A stretch of 63,444 nt of DNA, the filler included, from Malacoraja senta (taxonomy: Eukaryota), in NCBI GenBank assembly GCA_038087875.1. It is 3 parts of 3 records of this genome, joined end to end, with 100 filler letters (N's around TTAATTAATTAA, not from the genome) between each part and the next. Parts side by side here need not be neighbours in the genome. Positions count along the whole stretch, not along the records: positions 1 to 28,313 come from CM075978.1; positions 28,414 to 54,424 come from JAXLNO010001599.1; 1 more part is not named here. One strand, given 5' to 3'. Below the pieces are notes generated by a model, which was given only the letters and a program-made list of their open reading frames with translations, made no database searches and had not been told where the DNA came from. The translations under genes were made by a program, and so were the position numbers. Positions 25,701 through 34,900 of the stretch are shown here, piece by piece. Within the stretch, counting starts at the first letter, position 1; every line of letters starts with the position of its first letter.

Positions 25701-28313
25701 AGAAGTGACAATCCAAATAAACACCGACCATATTCCATTAAAATAAAAGTAAGTAAGTTAATTCCACATGTATTGTGTTATTTGCTTTACAATTATAATA
25801 CTTATGGAATGAAAATATTGTGAGAGGTGAAAATGGTTTTAAAACTCATGTGGCCAGCCTCTTAGTTTCAAGAGTGACTGCCAAATAATTTTGATCACTG
25901 AACAGCAAAAATCAAACATTATTTTACTTTTTTTTTAATCGTTCAGGCAAATGTAATCTTAGTCTTGAACTTGTTCAATATACTGATTTTTGTACTTTTA
26001 CCACTTAAATATGAACAGTACACACTGAATATCACCCTGTACTACTGGGCGGCAATGTGGCGCAGTGTTAGAGTTACTGCCATACAGCGCCAAGGACCCG
26101 GGTTCATGCCTGACTACAGGTGTTGTCTGTACGGAGTTTGTACGTTCTCTCTATGCCTTGCGTGGGTTTTCTCCGGGAGGTCCGGTTTGCTCCTACTCCA
26201 AACACATACAGGTTTGTAGGCTAATTGGCTTAGTAAAATTGTAAATTGTCCTTAGTGTGTGTAGGATAATGTTAGTGTGCGGGATCGCAGGTTGGCATCG
26301 CAGGTTGGCGCGGACTCGTTGGGCCGAAGGGTCTGTTTCCGTGCTGTATCTCTAAACTAAAGCTAAACTTGGTTGTAAATGTTAAATATGTTAACATGAT
26401 ATCTGGCTCCCTTACTTTCGTCCTATTTTAACAATTTTGCTCATACATATCTCTGTCTAAAATGTTGATCCTGCCCTAATTACTCCCTGTGCATATCCAC
26501 ATTTTTTCCTGATTTCATTAATGTATACAATAGGTGCAGGAGTAGGCCATTCGGCCCTTTGAGCCATTCAATTTACATTCCCATAAAGTGGTTTGGGTGT
26601 TTTTGTGAATTAAAAAATCTTATATTATTGGGGATTGTGGAATACTTCTGCACTAAGCTTCAAACCTGAACTTTCCAATCAACATATTTCACTGTCCAAA
26701 TGGCAAATTAGCCTATGGTTTTCATACATTTACCTTTTGAAACGACGTGTCAACAATAACAGAATGTTTCGATTGAACTAAACATTTAACTTAGCAAATA
26801 TTCCAAGGCACTTCTTAGGAGCTACATCATTCAAAACAAGTCCATCAGTCTGACGAAGGGTCTCGATCCAAAACGTCACCTATTCCTTCGCTCCGTAGAT
26901 GCTGCCTCACCCGCTGAGTTTCTCCAGCATTTTTGTCTACCTTTGAGTCAAAGGAGGAGCTGTGCGGATAGATTGGTAGTTTAGTTGAAGATGTGTAGGA
27001 AGGAAATCCGAGAGTTTATGCCTGGACATCTGAAGGTGTGATGTCCCATGTTCATGTGAAAAACGTTAGACAACATCTGAAGGAACACAGAATTATTAAA
27101 GCATTGTCAAAATGGAGTTTACAGAGGTGGAGAGGCAATGTAGTGTGTAGAGGAGTAATGGGCGAATGGGACAAATAGCACAATGCAGTGTATAGGAAGG
27201 AACTGCACATGCTGGTTTAAACCGATGATAGACACAAAAAGTTGGAGGAGTAATTCAGTGGGTCAGACAATATCTCTGGAGAAAAGGAATAGGTGACGTT
27301 TCGGGTCAATACCCTTCTTCATACTGAGAGTCCGAAGAAGGGTCTCCAGAGATGCCGCCTGACCCCCTGAGTTACTCCAGCATTTTGTGTCTATCTTTAG
27401 CACATTGCAGTGCTGTGCACTGTCATATTACGTCAGTCATGGAGACTTTTAATGTGATACAAGGTTTACTCTCATTCTGACTCTCAGTCCGAAGAAGGGT
27501 CCTAACCCGAAACATCAGCTATTTTTTTTCTCTAGATATGCTGCCTGACCCGCTGAGTTACTCCAGCATTTTGTGTATAACCACAAGGTTTACAACCATT
27601 CTGGTTCTATGGCAACTTTTGAATGCTCCCATTTTCTTCAGACAATTATTTTGCCCCAGAGCGGGTTCTGCATGTGTAATCTTACACGCAGAAAATGCCC
27701 GGACATCCTCTTCTCATTCCACGACTATTGCAATTGCTGTTCACAACAGTAACAAAACGTAGCCTTCCCAAACCCTAACCAAATGTCACCAAGTTACATG
27801 ATAACAGTTCAAGTAACAGGGTGCGATATGTATTGAAATAACATTTTATTTGGGCTCCAAATATTTGCTGCAGGCAGTGTGCCGCATCACAAATGAGTTT
27901 GGTCATTATTTTCCAGCTTTCTTGCCCCTGCTACAATTACTTACAATCAGGTCGTGGGAAGAACGTACAAACTACGTACAGTCAGCACCCGTCGTCAGGA
28001 TTGAACCCAAAATGTTCCCTGTGCATTCCACAGATATGCTGCCTGACCCACTGCCTCCCTTCAGCACTTTGAGTTGTGGTTGTTGTACAGTTGTAAAGTA
28101 ATCCTGTATCTTTGTGGCCGATCCTGCTGTTATAAATCGCTTTGATGCCTGTTGAATATTCTTACATTTACTGTGTTCATTAAAACCTTCCAGCTTCTTG
28201 GTGCCCGTCATCTACCCAAACCTGGGCGGAGTCTAGTCTGTCCTTTTGTAGAAGTGGAACTGTGTGGGCCTGAGAACGAGAATGAGATCAAGAAGTTCAA
28301 GACAGCGGTGATA
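1547..28313 (+). CDS. PLCG2: Phospholipase C-gamma, PLCG2-like (partial gene: 13 exons, nSH2-cSH2-SH3-split PH-Y box-C2 start); 5' exons outside window, 3' exons lost in gap
   Basis: Manual splicing gives 13 GT-AG exons with compatible phases and no stops. Motifs: [86 protein letters not shown]2 is the closest recognisable paralog, but orthology is not established. Confidence 0.93.
2763..3491. mobile_element. Non-autonomous TIR element (probably PIF/Harbinger-like MITE) with internal GC-rich minisatellite
   Basis: Left end aaggcctgtctcacg and right end cgtgagacagagcctt are inverted repeats with TA/TWA-like flanks. Degenerate GCC/CAC-rich tandem repeat at ~2945-3300. Superfamily inferred from termini only. 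Confidence 0.7.
3936..4093. repeat. 59-bp tandem minisatellite (~2.7 units) with internal 11-bp AAGGTGACTAT repeats
   Basis: Read directly from the sequence. Confidence 0.9.
4272..4581 (+). mobile_element. tRNA-derived elasmobranch SINE (HE1/V-SINE-like) with CR1-type 3' tail
   Basis: A/B box-like head (GGTGGCGCAG...GGTTCGATCC) and tail gggccgaagggcctgtttcc...(ctaaa)n. Other copies: ~7285-7597(+), 11399-11716(+), 12189-12494(-), 18290-18860(-), 26047-26369(+), 40400-40712(+), 47067-47378(+), 58853-59620(+, interrupted). Confidence 0.88.
4786..4986 (+). CDS. PLCG2: PLC-gamma exon: nSH2 C-half ([11 protein letters not shown]...[10 protein letters not shown]...PNPHEFQE)
   Basis: accag| and |gtaagt; 201 nt, phase 2 to phase 2. 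Confidence 0.93.
7839..7958 (+). CDS. PLCG2: PLC-gamma exon: cSH2 N-half ([40 protein letters not shown])
   Basis: tccag| and |gtaag; 120 nt. Confidence 0.95.
8048..8228 (+). CDS. PLCG2: PLC-gamma exon: cSH2 C-half ([11 protein letters not shown]...[21 protein letters not shown])
   Basis: cccag| and |gtaagt; 181 nt; lies within ORF 8007-8327. Confidence 0.95.
9123..9188 (+). CDS. PLCG2: PLC-gamma exon: cSH2-SH3 linker with activating tyrosines ([22 protein letters not shown])
   Basis: tttcag| and |gtagg; 66 nt, phase 0; SLY and YVDP motifs. Confidence 0.9.
11141..11244 (+). CDS. PLCG2: PLC-gamma exon: SH3 N-part ([35 protein letters not shown])
   Basis: ccgtag| and |gtaagg; ALY.Y...DELTF SH3 motif. 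Confidence 0.93.
12835..13580 (-). mobile_element. Unclassified non-autonomous repeat; related copy at ~57420-57682
   Basis: The two sites share GGAGATACGAT..ATCGCATCTCC and CAGACTGTTGGCGAGGC motifs; LINE-like tail at the left end. Confidence 0.6.
14270..14812 (+). mobile_element. Penelope-like element 3' part (GIY-YIG endonuclease remnant plus pseudo-LTR with hammerhead core), within a CR1 fragment
   Basis: [19 protein letters not shown]...[18 protein letters not shown], followed by CTGAAGAAGGGACTCGACCCGAAACGTC and the short repeat family seen throughout the window. Confidence 0.85.
14725..14752 (+). ncRNA. Minimal type I hammerhead-ribozyme-like motif (representative copy)
   Basis: CUGAAGA-A-stem II (GGGWC/GACCC)-GAAA-CG-UC; stem I only ~2 bp. 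Confidence 0.6.
15646..15742 (+). CDS. PLCG2: PLC-gamma exon: SH3 C-part ([21 protein letters not shown]...)
   Basis: tttag| and |gtatg; 97 nt. Confidence 0.94.
15814..16012. mobile_element. Tigger/pogo-like MITE
   Basis: TA|CAGGTGCTCCCCGATTTACGATG ... CATCGTAGGTCGAGGAGCAGCTG|TA: inverted termini with TA TSD. Confidence 0.8.
16454..16520 (+). CDS. PLCG2: PLC-gamma exon: split PH C-part start ([22 protein letters not shown])
   Basis: ttcag| and |gtatg; 67 nt; EDNPLG motif. Confidence 0.9.
16660..16820 (+). CDS. PLCG2: PLC-gamma exon: split PH ([19 protein letters not shown]...[12 protein letters not shown]...)
   Basis: aacag| and |gtatg; 161 nt; phases fit the flanking exons. Confidence 0.85.
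17822..17927 (+). CDS. PLCG2: PLC-gamma exon: Y-box start ([26 protein letters not shown]...)
   Basis: taacag| and |gtaat; [11 protein letters not shown] motif. Confidence 0.93.
20070..20285 (+). CDS. PLCG2: PLC-gamma exon: catalytic Y box (EIRSF...[17 protein letters not shown]...[12 protein letters not shown])
   Basis: tttcag| and |gtac; within ORF 20048-20293. Confidence 0.95.
21640..22215 (+). mobile_element. RTE-clade LINE 3' fragment
   Basis: LLYASETWT...FHQRCLR...[11 protein letters not shown]...GGQKKRFKD and a terminal CPEC..RIGL.SHL zinc-finger remnant. Confidence 0.88.
25624..25748 (+). CDS. PLCG2: PLC-gamma exon: Y-box end and linker ([27 protein letters not shown]...SIKIK)
   Basis: ttacag| and |gtaagt; MQLN.A.F..NG.TGY.LQP motif. 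Confidence 0.93.
28194..28313 (+). CDS. PLCG2: PLC-gamma exon: C2 start ([25 protein letters not shown]...KFKTAVI), cut by gap
   Basis: ttccag| acceptor; GARHLPK and CPFVEVE motifs; runs into Ns. Confidence 0.93.
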
Positions 28314-28413
28314 NNNNNNNNNNNNNNNNNNNNNNNNNNNNNNNNNNNNNNNNNNNNTTAATTAATTAANNNNNNNNNNNNNNNNNNNNNNNNNNNNNNN
28401 NNNNNNNNNNNNN
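28314..28413. other. 100-nt scaffold gap with artificial TTAATTAATTAA spacer
   Basis: 44 N + 12-nt spacer + 44 N; identical design at 54425-54524. Confidence 0.95.
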
Positions 28414-28893
28414 AAGAGTAACTCGGGAGAGGAGCTTGGTAACTCGGGAGAGGAACTTGGTACATCGCAGAAATGAGAAGTAAACGGCAAACTTAGACAT
28501 ACACGTGGGAACTCGTTTAAACTCGTGAACATAAACTTGGAATCTCGTAGACAACCACGAGTTTGATTTTTTCTTTCACTCGGGATCACTCGTGGGTGGA
28601 CTCGCACCGTGAGACAGGGTATTAGTGTTATTGTATTTGTATAAGTGTTGTGGAGAATGTATTGTGTTCGATTATTAGAAATTAGAGAGTGCGGATAATT
28701 TCAAGGGTCAAACTCTGTATAAATGCTGAGTGGAATTTCAGAGCAGCAGGTAACTGGGACTGTGCTGCTCTCTTTGTGCACACGTCAATAAAGTGAGTCT
28801 GGAAAATGAATGCAAGTCGTCAGAGTCCAGTTGATCGGTGACGACAACACCAGACCTTGTCCGGTTTGTAAGCTTCCTATTTCTCATCTGCAG

Positions 28894-29196
28894 AATTGTC
28901 TGTCTTTATCCAAAACCCCTCCACTGAAGAGATTTGGATCAACAAGACCGCTACTGTGGTGTGCGTGGTAATGGGTGCTGATCTGAGCCAGGTCCAAATC
29001 TTCTGGCAAGTGAGCGGAAGGGAGAGAACAACAGGGGCTGTGACCCACCAACCGAGAGGGGAAAGGATCCAAGACAGAGTGAGCAGTAAACTCCGGAGCA
29101 GTGTGGAGGAATGGACCAGCGGGGTGGAGGTTGTGTGCTCTGCCCAACGATCTCCATCATCCTCACCAGTGTCAGCACGGACAGAAAGTGCCAAAG
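28894..29196 (+). CDS. IgW: IgW-type heavy-chain constant exon, CH3-like (IgNAR C2/C4-related), copy a
   Basis: ctgcag| and |gtag; phase 1 to 1; ELSVFIQNPSTEEIWINKTATVVC...FWQV...SSVEEWTSGVEVVCSA C1-set domain. Confidence 0.88.
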
Positions 29197-29241
29197 GTAG
29201 GCGAGAGATCAGCAATGATATGGCACACATTAGTTACCATG

Positions 29242-29581
29242 AAGGGCCTGTCCCACTTACGCGACTTTTTTGGTGACTGCCGGCACCCGTCATAGGTCAT
29301 TGTAGGTTAGCAAAAATTTTCAACATGTTGAAAATACAGCAGCGACCAGAAATACGCTACGACTCTTTATGCGACTGAGGAAACTCACGACCATACAGGC
29401 GACACCTTGGTGACATGTCGCAGGGTGAAGCCTGCATGGTCGTGAGTAGTCGCCCAAAGAGTCGTACCTTGTGCCGGTCGCCGCTGATTTTTCAACATGT
29501 TGAAATTTTTCACCAACCTGTAACGACCTATGACGAGTGCCTGCAGTCAACGAAAAAGTCGTGTAAGTGGGAGAGGCCCTT
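29242..29581. mobile_element. Harbinger-like MITE in the CH intron (second copy ~31298-31637)
   Basis: TIRs AAGGGCCTGTCCCACTTACGCGACTTTTT / AAAAAGTCGTGTAAGTGGGAGAGGCCCTT. Confidence 0.75.
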
Positions 29582-29622
29582 GAGAAAGAGGGACTCACGT
29601 CTACTTTGCTCCTCTGTTCCAG

Positions 29623-29940
29623 TTGAAACAAAAAGACCCAAGATCAGACTGCTGCCTCCAGCTCACCAAGAGACCAAGCGTAGCCACACAGCTACCCTTG
29701 AGTGTGTGCTCTCTGGTTTCTACCCGGACCTCATAAACGTCACTTGGGAGAAAGACGGAGCCCCGATCTCCTCCACCACCAGCGCTACACCAACTGCTCT
29801 GGAGCAGGGGGGGACTTTCAGTGCCAGCCACTTCCTGACTGTGAGTTCAGAGGATTGGAAGAAAGGCTCAGTCTTCGGCTGTACAGTGTCTCATCCTCCC
29901 TCGAACACCAGTATCAGTCGGGAAGTGAAAAGCTTTCAAG
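29623..29940 (+). CDS. IgW: IgW-type constant exon, CH4-like (IgNAR C3-related), copy a
   Basis: ttccag| and |gtac; IRLLPP...ATLECVLSGFYPDLINVTWEK...TALEQGGTFS...WKKGSVFGCTVSHPPS. Confidence 0.9.
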
Positions 29941-30074
29941 GTACGGTGCTGGGATTCACTCTAATCATCACATCTTTTACCCCGTCACAAAATAGGGCCA
30001 GGCAAGTTTTGCACTGAAGGACAGGTGTTGTAGTGTGTGAGTGAGGGAGTGATAACCAAGAGGCCTAGACTAGT

Positions 30075-30830
30075 GTCAAGAAGAGTCAAGAGTGTTTTAT
30101 TGTCATATGTCCCGGACGGGACAAGGAAATTCTTACTTGCTGCAGGACAACAGAATATGTGAATATGTAAACATAGTGCATAACGGGGGAAGAGAAAAAA
30201 AGAAAAAGATCAATAAATAACAAATAGTGCAAATAACAAACAATAATATAGTATTTAGCCTGATGGCCTGATGATAAAAACAGTTCTTAAGTCTGGTGGT
30301 ACTTGCAGCCATGCTCCTGTATCGTCTGCCTGTCGGTAACAAGGAGAACAGTCTATGTGCTGGGTGGCTGTGGTCCATGATGATGCTGTGTGCCTTCCGC
30401 AGGCAACGCCGGTGGAAAATGTCTTGAATGGCCAGGAGACAGTTGCCAGTGATGTGTCTGTGCCGCCTTCACCACTCTGTAGTGATTTGCGGCTGTGGGC
30501 AGAACAGTTCCCGTACCAGACTGTGATGCAGCCCGTCAGCAGGCTCTCGATGGTGCATCTGTAGAAGTTTGTGAGGATGCTGGCGTTCATGTCAATCTTC
30601 CTCAGTCTTCTCAGGAAAAAGAGCCACTGGCGGGCTTTCTTTGTTATTGTGTCCGTGTGCAGTGTCCAGGAGAGGTCCTCAGTGATGTGCACACTGAGGA
30701 ACCTGAAGCTGCTGACCCTTTCAACCTCAGCATCACCGATATGGATGGGGAGGTGTCCACTCCCCTGCTGTCTCCTGTAGTCCACGATCATCTCTTTAGT
30801 TTTGCAGACATTGAGAGAGAGGTTGTTCCT
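30075..30830 (-). mobile_element. Rex1/Babar-like LINE 3' fragment; related fragments ~32130-32640(-), ~33900-34375(+), ~51471-51970(+)
   Basis: NNLSLNVCKTKEMIVDYRR...FRFLSVHITEDLSW...FYRCTIESLLTGCITVWYG RT C-terminal motifs. Confidence 0.85.
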
Positions 30831-30949
30831 TGTGCACACGTCAATAAAGTGAGTCTAGAAAATGAATGCAAGTTGTCAGAGTCCAGTTGATCGGTGACGA
30901 CAACACCAGCCCTTGTCTGGTTTGTAAGCTTCCTATTTCTCATCTGCAG

Positions 30950-31252
30950 AATTGTCTGTCTTTATCCAAAACCCCTCCACTGAAGAGATTTGGATCAACA
31001 AGACCGCTACAGTGGAGTGCGTGGTAATGGGTGCTGATCTGAGCCAGATCCAAATCTACTGGCAAATGAGCGGAAGGGAGAGAACAACAGGGGCTGTGAC
31101 CCACCAACCGAGAGGAGAAAAGACCCAAGACAGAGTGAGCAGTAAACTCCGGATCAGTGTGGAGGAATGGACCAGTGGGATGGAGGTTGTGTGCTCTGCC
31201 CAACGATCTCCATCATCCTCACCAGTGTCAGCACAGACAGAAAGTGCCAAAG
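30950..31252 (+). CDS. IgW: IgW-type constant exon, CH3-like, copy b
   Basis: 2056-bp offset from copy a; intact frame and splice sites; several substitutions. Confidence 0.88.
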
Positions 31253-31678
31253 GTGGGCTAGAGATCGGCAATGATACGGCCAACATTAGTTACCATGAAG
31301 GGCCTGTCCCACTTACGCGACTTTTTTGGTGACTGCCGGCACCCGTCATAGGTCATTGTAGGTCGGCAAAAATGTTCAACATGTTGAAAATCCAGCGACG
31401 ACCAGAAAGACACTACGATTCTTTGTGCGACTGAGGAGACTCACGACCATACAGGCGACACCTTGGCGACATGTCGTGGGGTGAAGCCTGTATGATCGTG
31501 AGTAGTCGCCCAAAGAGTCGTACCTTGTGCCGGTCGCCGCTGATTTTTCAACATGTTGAAATTTTTCGCCAATCTGTGATGACCTATGACGAGTGCCGGC
31601 AGTCGCCGAAAAAGTCGTGTAAGTGGGACAGGCCCTTGAGGAAGAGGGTCTCACATCTACTTTGCTCCTCTGTTCCAG

Positions 31679-31996
31679 TTGAAACAAAAAGTCCAAAGGT
31701 CAGACTGCTGCCTCCAGCTCACCAAGAGACCAAGCGTAGCCACACAGCCACCCTCGAGTGTGTGCTCTCTGGTTTCTACCCGGACCTCATAAACGTCACT
31801 TGGGAGAAAGGCGGAGCCCCGATCTCCTCCACCACCAGCGCTACACCGACTGCTCTGGAGCAGGGAGGGACTTTCAGTGCCAGCCACTTCCTGACTGTGA
31901 GTTCAGAGGATTGGAAGAAAGGCTCAGTCTTTGGCTGTACAGTGTCTCATCCCCCATCGAACACCAGTATCAGCCAGGAAGTGAAAAGCTTTCAAG
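31679..31996 (+). CDS. IgW: IgW-type constant exon, CH4-like, copy b
   Basis: 2056-bp offset from copy a; intact frame and splice sites. Confidence 0.9.
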
Positions 31997-34900
31997 GTAC
32001 GGTGCTGGGATTCAATCTAATCATCACATCTTTTACCCCGTCACAAAATAGGGCCAGGCAAGTTTAGCACTGAAGGACAGGTGTTGTAGTGTGTGATTGA
32101 GGGAGTGATAACCAAGAGGCCTGGACTAGAGTCAAGAAGAGTCAAGAGTGTTTTATTGTCATATTTCCCAGACGGGACAAGGAAATTCTTACTTGCTGCA
32201 GGACAACAGAATATGTGAATATGTAAACATAGTGCATAACGGGGGAAGAGAAAAAAAGAAAAAGTTCAATAAATAACAAATAGTGCAAATAACAAATAGT
32301 AATATAGCCTTTTGCGGTTCAGAGCTCAGAGCTTATTCGTTGTGTTTAATAGCCTGATGGCTGTAGGGAAGAAGCTGTTCCTGTACCTGGACGTTACAGT
32401 TTTCAGGGTCCTGTAACTTCTTCCTGATGGCAATGGTGAGATGAGTGTGTGGCCAGGATGGTGTGGGTCCTTGATGATTTTGGCTGCCTTTTTGAGGCAG
32501 CGACTATGATAGATCCTTTCGACGGTGGGGAGGTCAAAGCCGGCGATGAACTGGGCATTTGTCACAACTTTTTGTAGTCTTTTTCGCTCCTGGACGTTCA
32601 AGTTGCTGAACCAGGCCACAATGCAACCAGGACTAGGGCACAATGCTAAATATTTCTGTGCTTTCACAACTTCAGTTTATTCCAAAACTCCTCAGTAGCC
32701 AGGACACTGAGAAGCCCACACCTGCTGTTCTTCAAAATTAGTGTCACAGGGTCAGTCCACTTATTGTTGTCGGCCCTCTGTGTGTGGCATCTCAGACTAG
32801 TTGTCTTGCTGCTAATTTGAAGAGTGGGGTCGAGTATTTGCACTTGTACAATTGTTTGTCGACACTGGAAAAGAGGTCCATCAGAAAGTCCATTGTGTGG
32901 ATGGAGCTGGGTACAAGCGTGTTGTCATTGGAGTGATCATGGAGTCATAGATTTATACAGGATGTTAACAGGCCCTTCGGTTTAGCTTGCCTTTGCCAAC
33001 CAAGGTGCCAGATCTACACTAGTCCCGTCTCCCCGTGTTTGGCCCAAATCACTGATCATCTCATGTTCATGTGATAGGAGCAGAATTAGGCCATTCAGCC
33101 CATCAAGTCTACTCTGCCATTCAATCATGGCTGATCTATCTCTCCTTCCTAACCCCATTCTCCTGCCCTTTCTCCTTGACACCAATACTAATCAAGAATC
33201 GATCTATCTCTGCTTTATAAATACCCATTGAGTGGGCCTCCACAGCCTTCTGTGGCAATGAATTCCTCAGATTCACTACCCTGTGACTAAACAAATTCCT
33301 CCTCATCTTCCTAGAGGAACCTCCTTTGATTCTGAGGCTATGGTCCTCGACTCTCCCACCAGTGGAATCATCCTCTTTACATCAGCTCTATCCAGGCCTT
33401 TCACTATTCGTCCTGTCCATGTACCTGTCCAAATAACTTTTAAACATTGTTATAGTCTCTGCGTCAACTACCTCTTCCCGCAGCACATTCCATGTACCCA
33501 GTGCCCTCTGTGTAAAAAAGTTGCCCCTCAGATTCCCATTAAATCTGTCCCCCCTAACCTTAAACCCATGTCCTCTGGTTCTTGATTGCCCTACTCTGGG
33601 TAAAGGAGCCGGGTTGTACATCTGTGTGTCTAACCATCTCCTGCACTCTGTCAAATGTGGTTATCTCCTCTTGTGATATTGTGCCGATAGTAACAAGACC
33701 ATGTTGTGGTTAGTTGAGCAGTTGCTACTCTTGAGGAAAGGGAATGTCTCTCCAGAAAGTCACTGCTATTCAGTGTCTCGTACAGACTGGTGTTCCAGGG
33801 TTCACATCGGTGCACATTACTCAGCCAGGGAGAGAACGTCAACTGAGAATGAAAATGGATTCCAGACCAAATCCATATCAAACATAACTTTTTGGTTAAA
33901 CATAACTGGTTGCATCATGGCTTGGTTCGGCAACTTGAACGTCCAGGAGCGGAAAAGAATGCAGAAAGTTGTTACCACTGCCCAGTCCATCATCGGCTCT
34001 AACCTCCCCACCATCGAAGGGATCTATCGCAGTCATTGCCTCAAAAAGGCTGCCAACATCATCAAAGACCCACTCCATCCTGGCCACACACTCATCGGGA
34101 AGAAGATACAGGAGCTTGAAATCTGGAACATCCAGGTTCAGGAATAGGCATTTCCCCACAGCCATCAGGCCATCAAACAAACTCTGAACAATAACCGCCT
34201 ATTGCACTTTATCTGTTTATTTATTGTATATATATATATGGTCTATGATCTATAGACACACTGAACTTTTATCTCCTGTTCTGTATTATGTTTACATATT
34301 CTGTTGTGCTGCAGCAAGCAAGAATTTCGTTGTCCTATCTGGGACACATGACAATAAAACTCTCTTGACTCTTGAAACATCAATTACCAAAGTTTCAGAG
34401 AACTTGCAGTTTGTATGAAAACGTCTTTGTGTCAGGTCTGATCCTGCTTGAAACCTGCAGAGACCCCACGAGAGGCTACGTGTGTGTGTTGTGTCAATGT
34501 AACCTATCAATGTTCAATAAAGAATATACATGTAGTGTTGGTGTTGGTGTTCCCTGTTGGTGCGTTTTGGGAGGTGTTGCCAAGTTGGTGGGGAACAGGT
34601 GACCTGGATCTAAGATTGCAAATTCTTTCACTCTATACATTTCTACAGATTATGTAAATATACATGTATTAGTCTCCTCCGTCCAAAGAATAGAACATTC
34701 TGAAGGAGGGTCTCGACCCGAAACGTCACCCATTCCTTCTATCCAGAGATGCTGCATGTCCTACAGAGTTACTCCAGCATTTTGTGTCTATCTTCGGTGT
34801 AAACCAGCATCTGCAGTTCCTTCCCACACATTTCTGATGAACCTTTCTGGTCTTTAAAATATTCAAAGCTAATGAAGAGGGAAAGGAGTTTTGATCATCT

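Noticed and set aside
28358-28369. TTAATTAATTAA palindrome inside N-runs (also 54469-54480)
   Set aside because: Centred in exactly 100-nt gaps with stops in all six frames; an assembly spacer, not biology.
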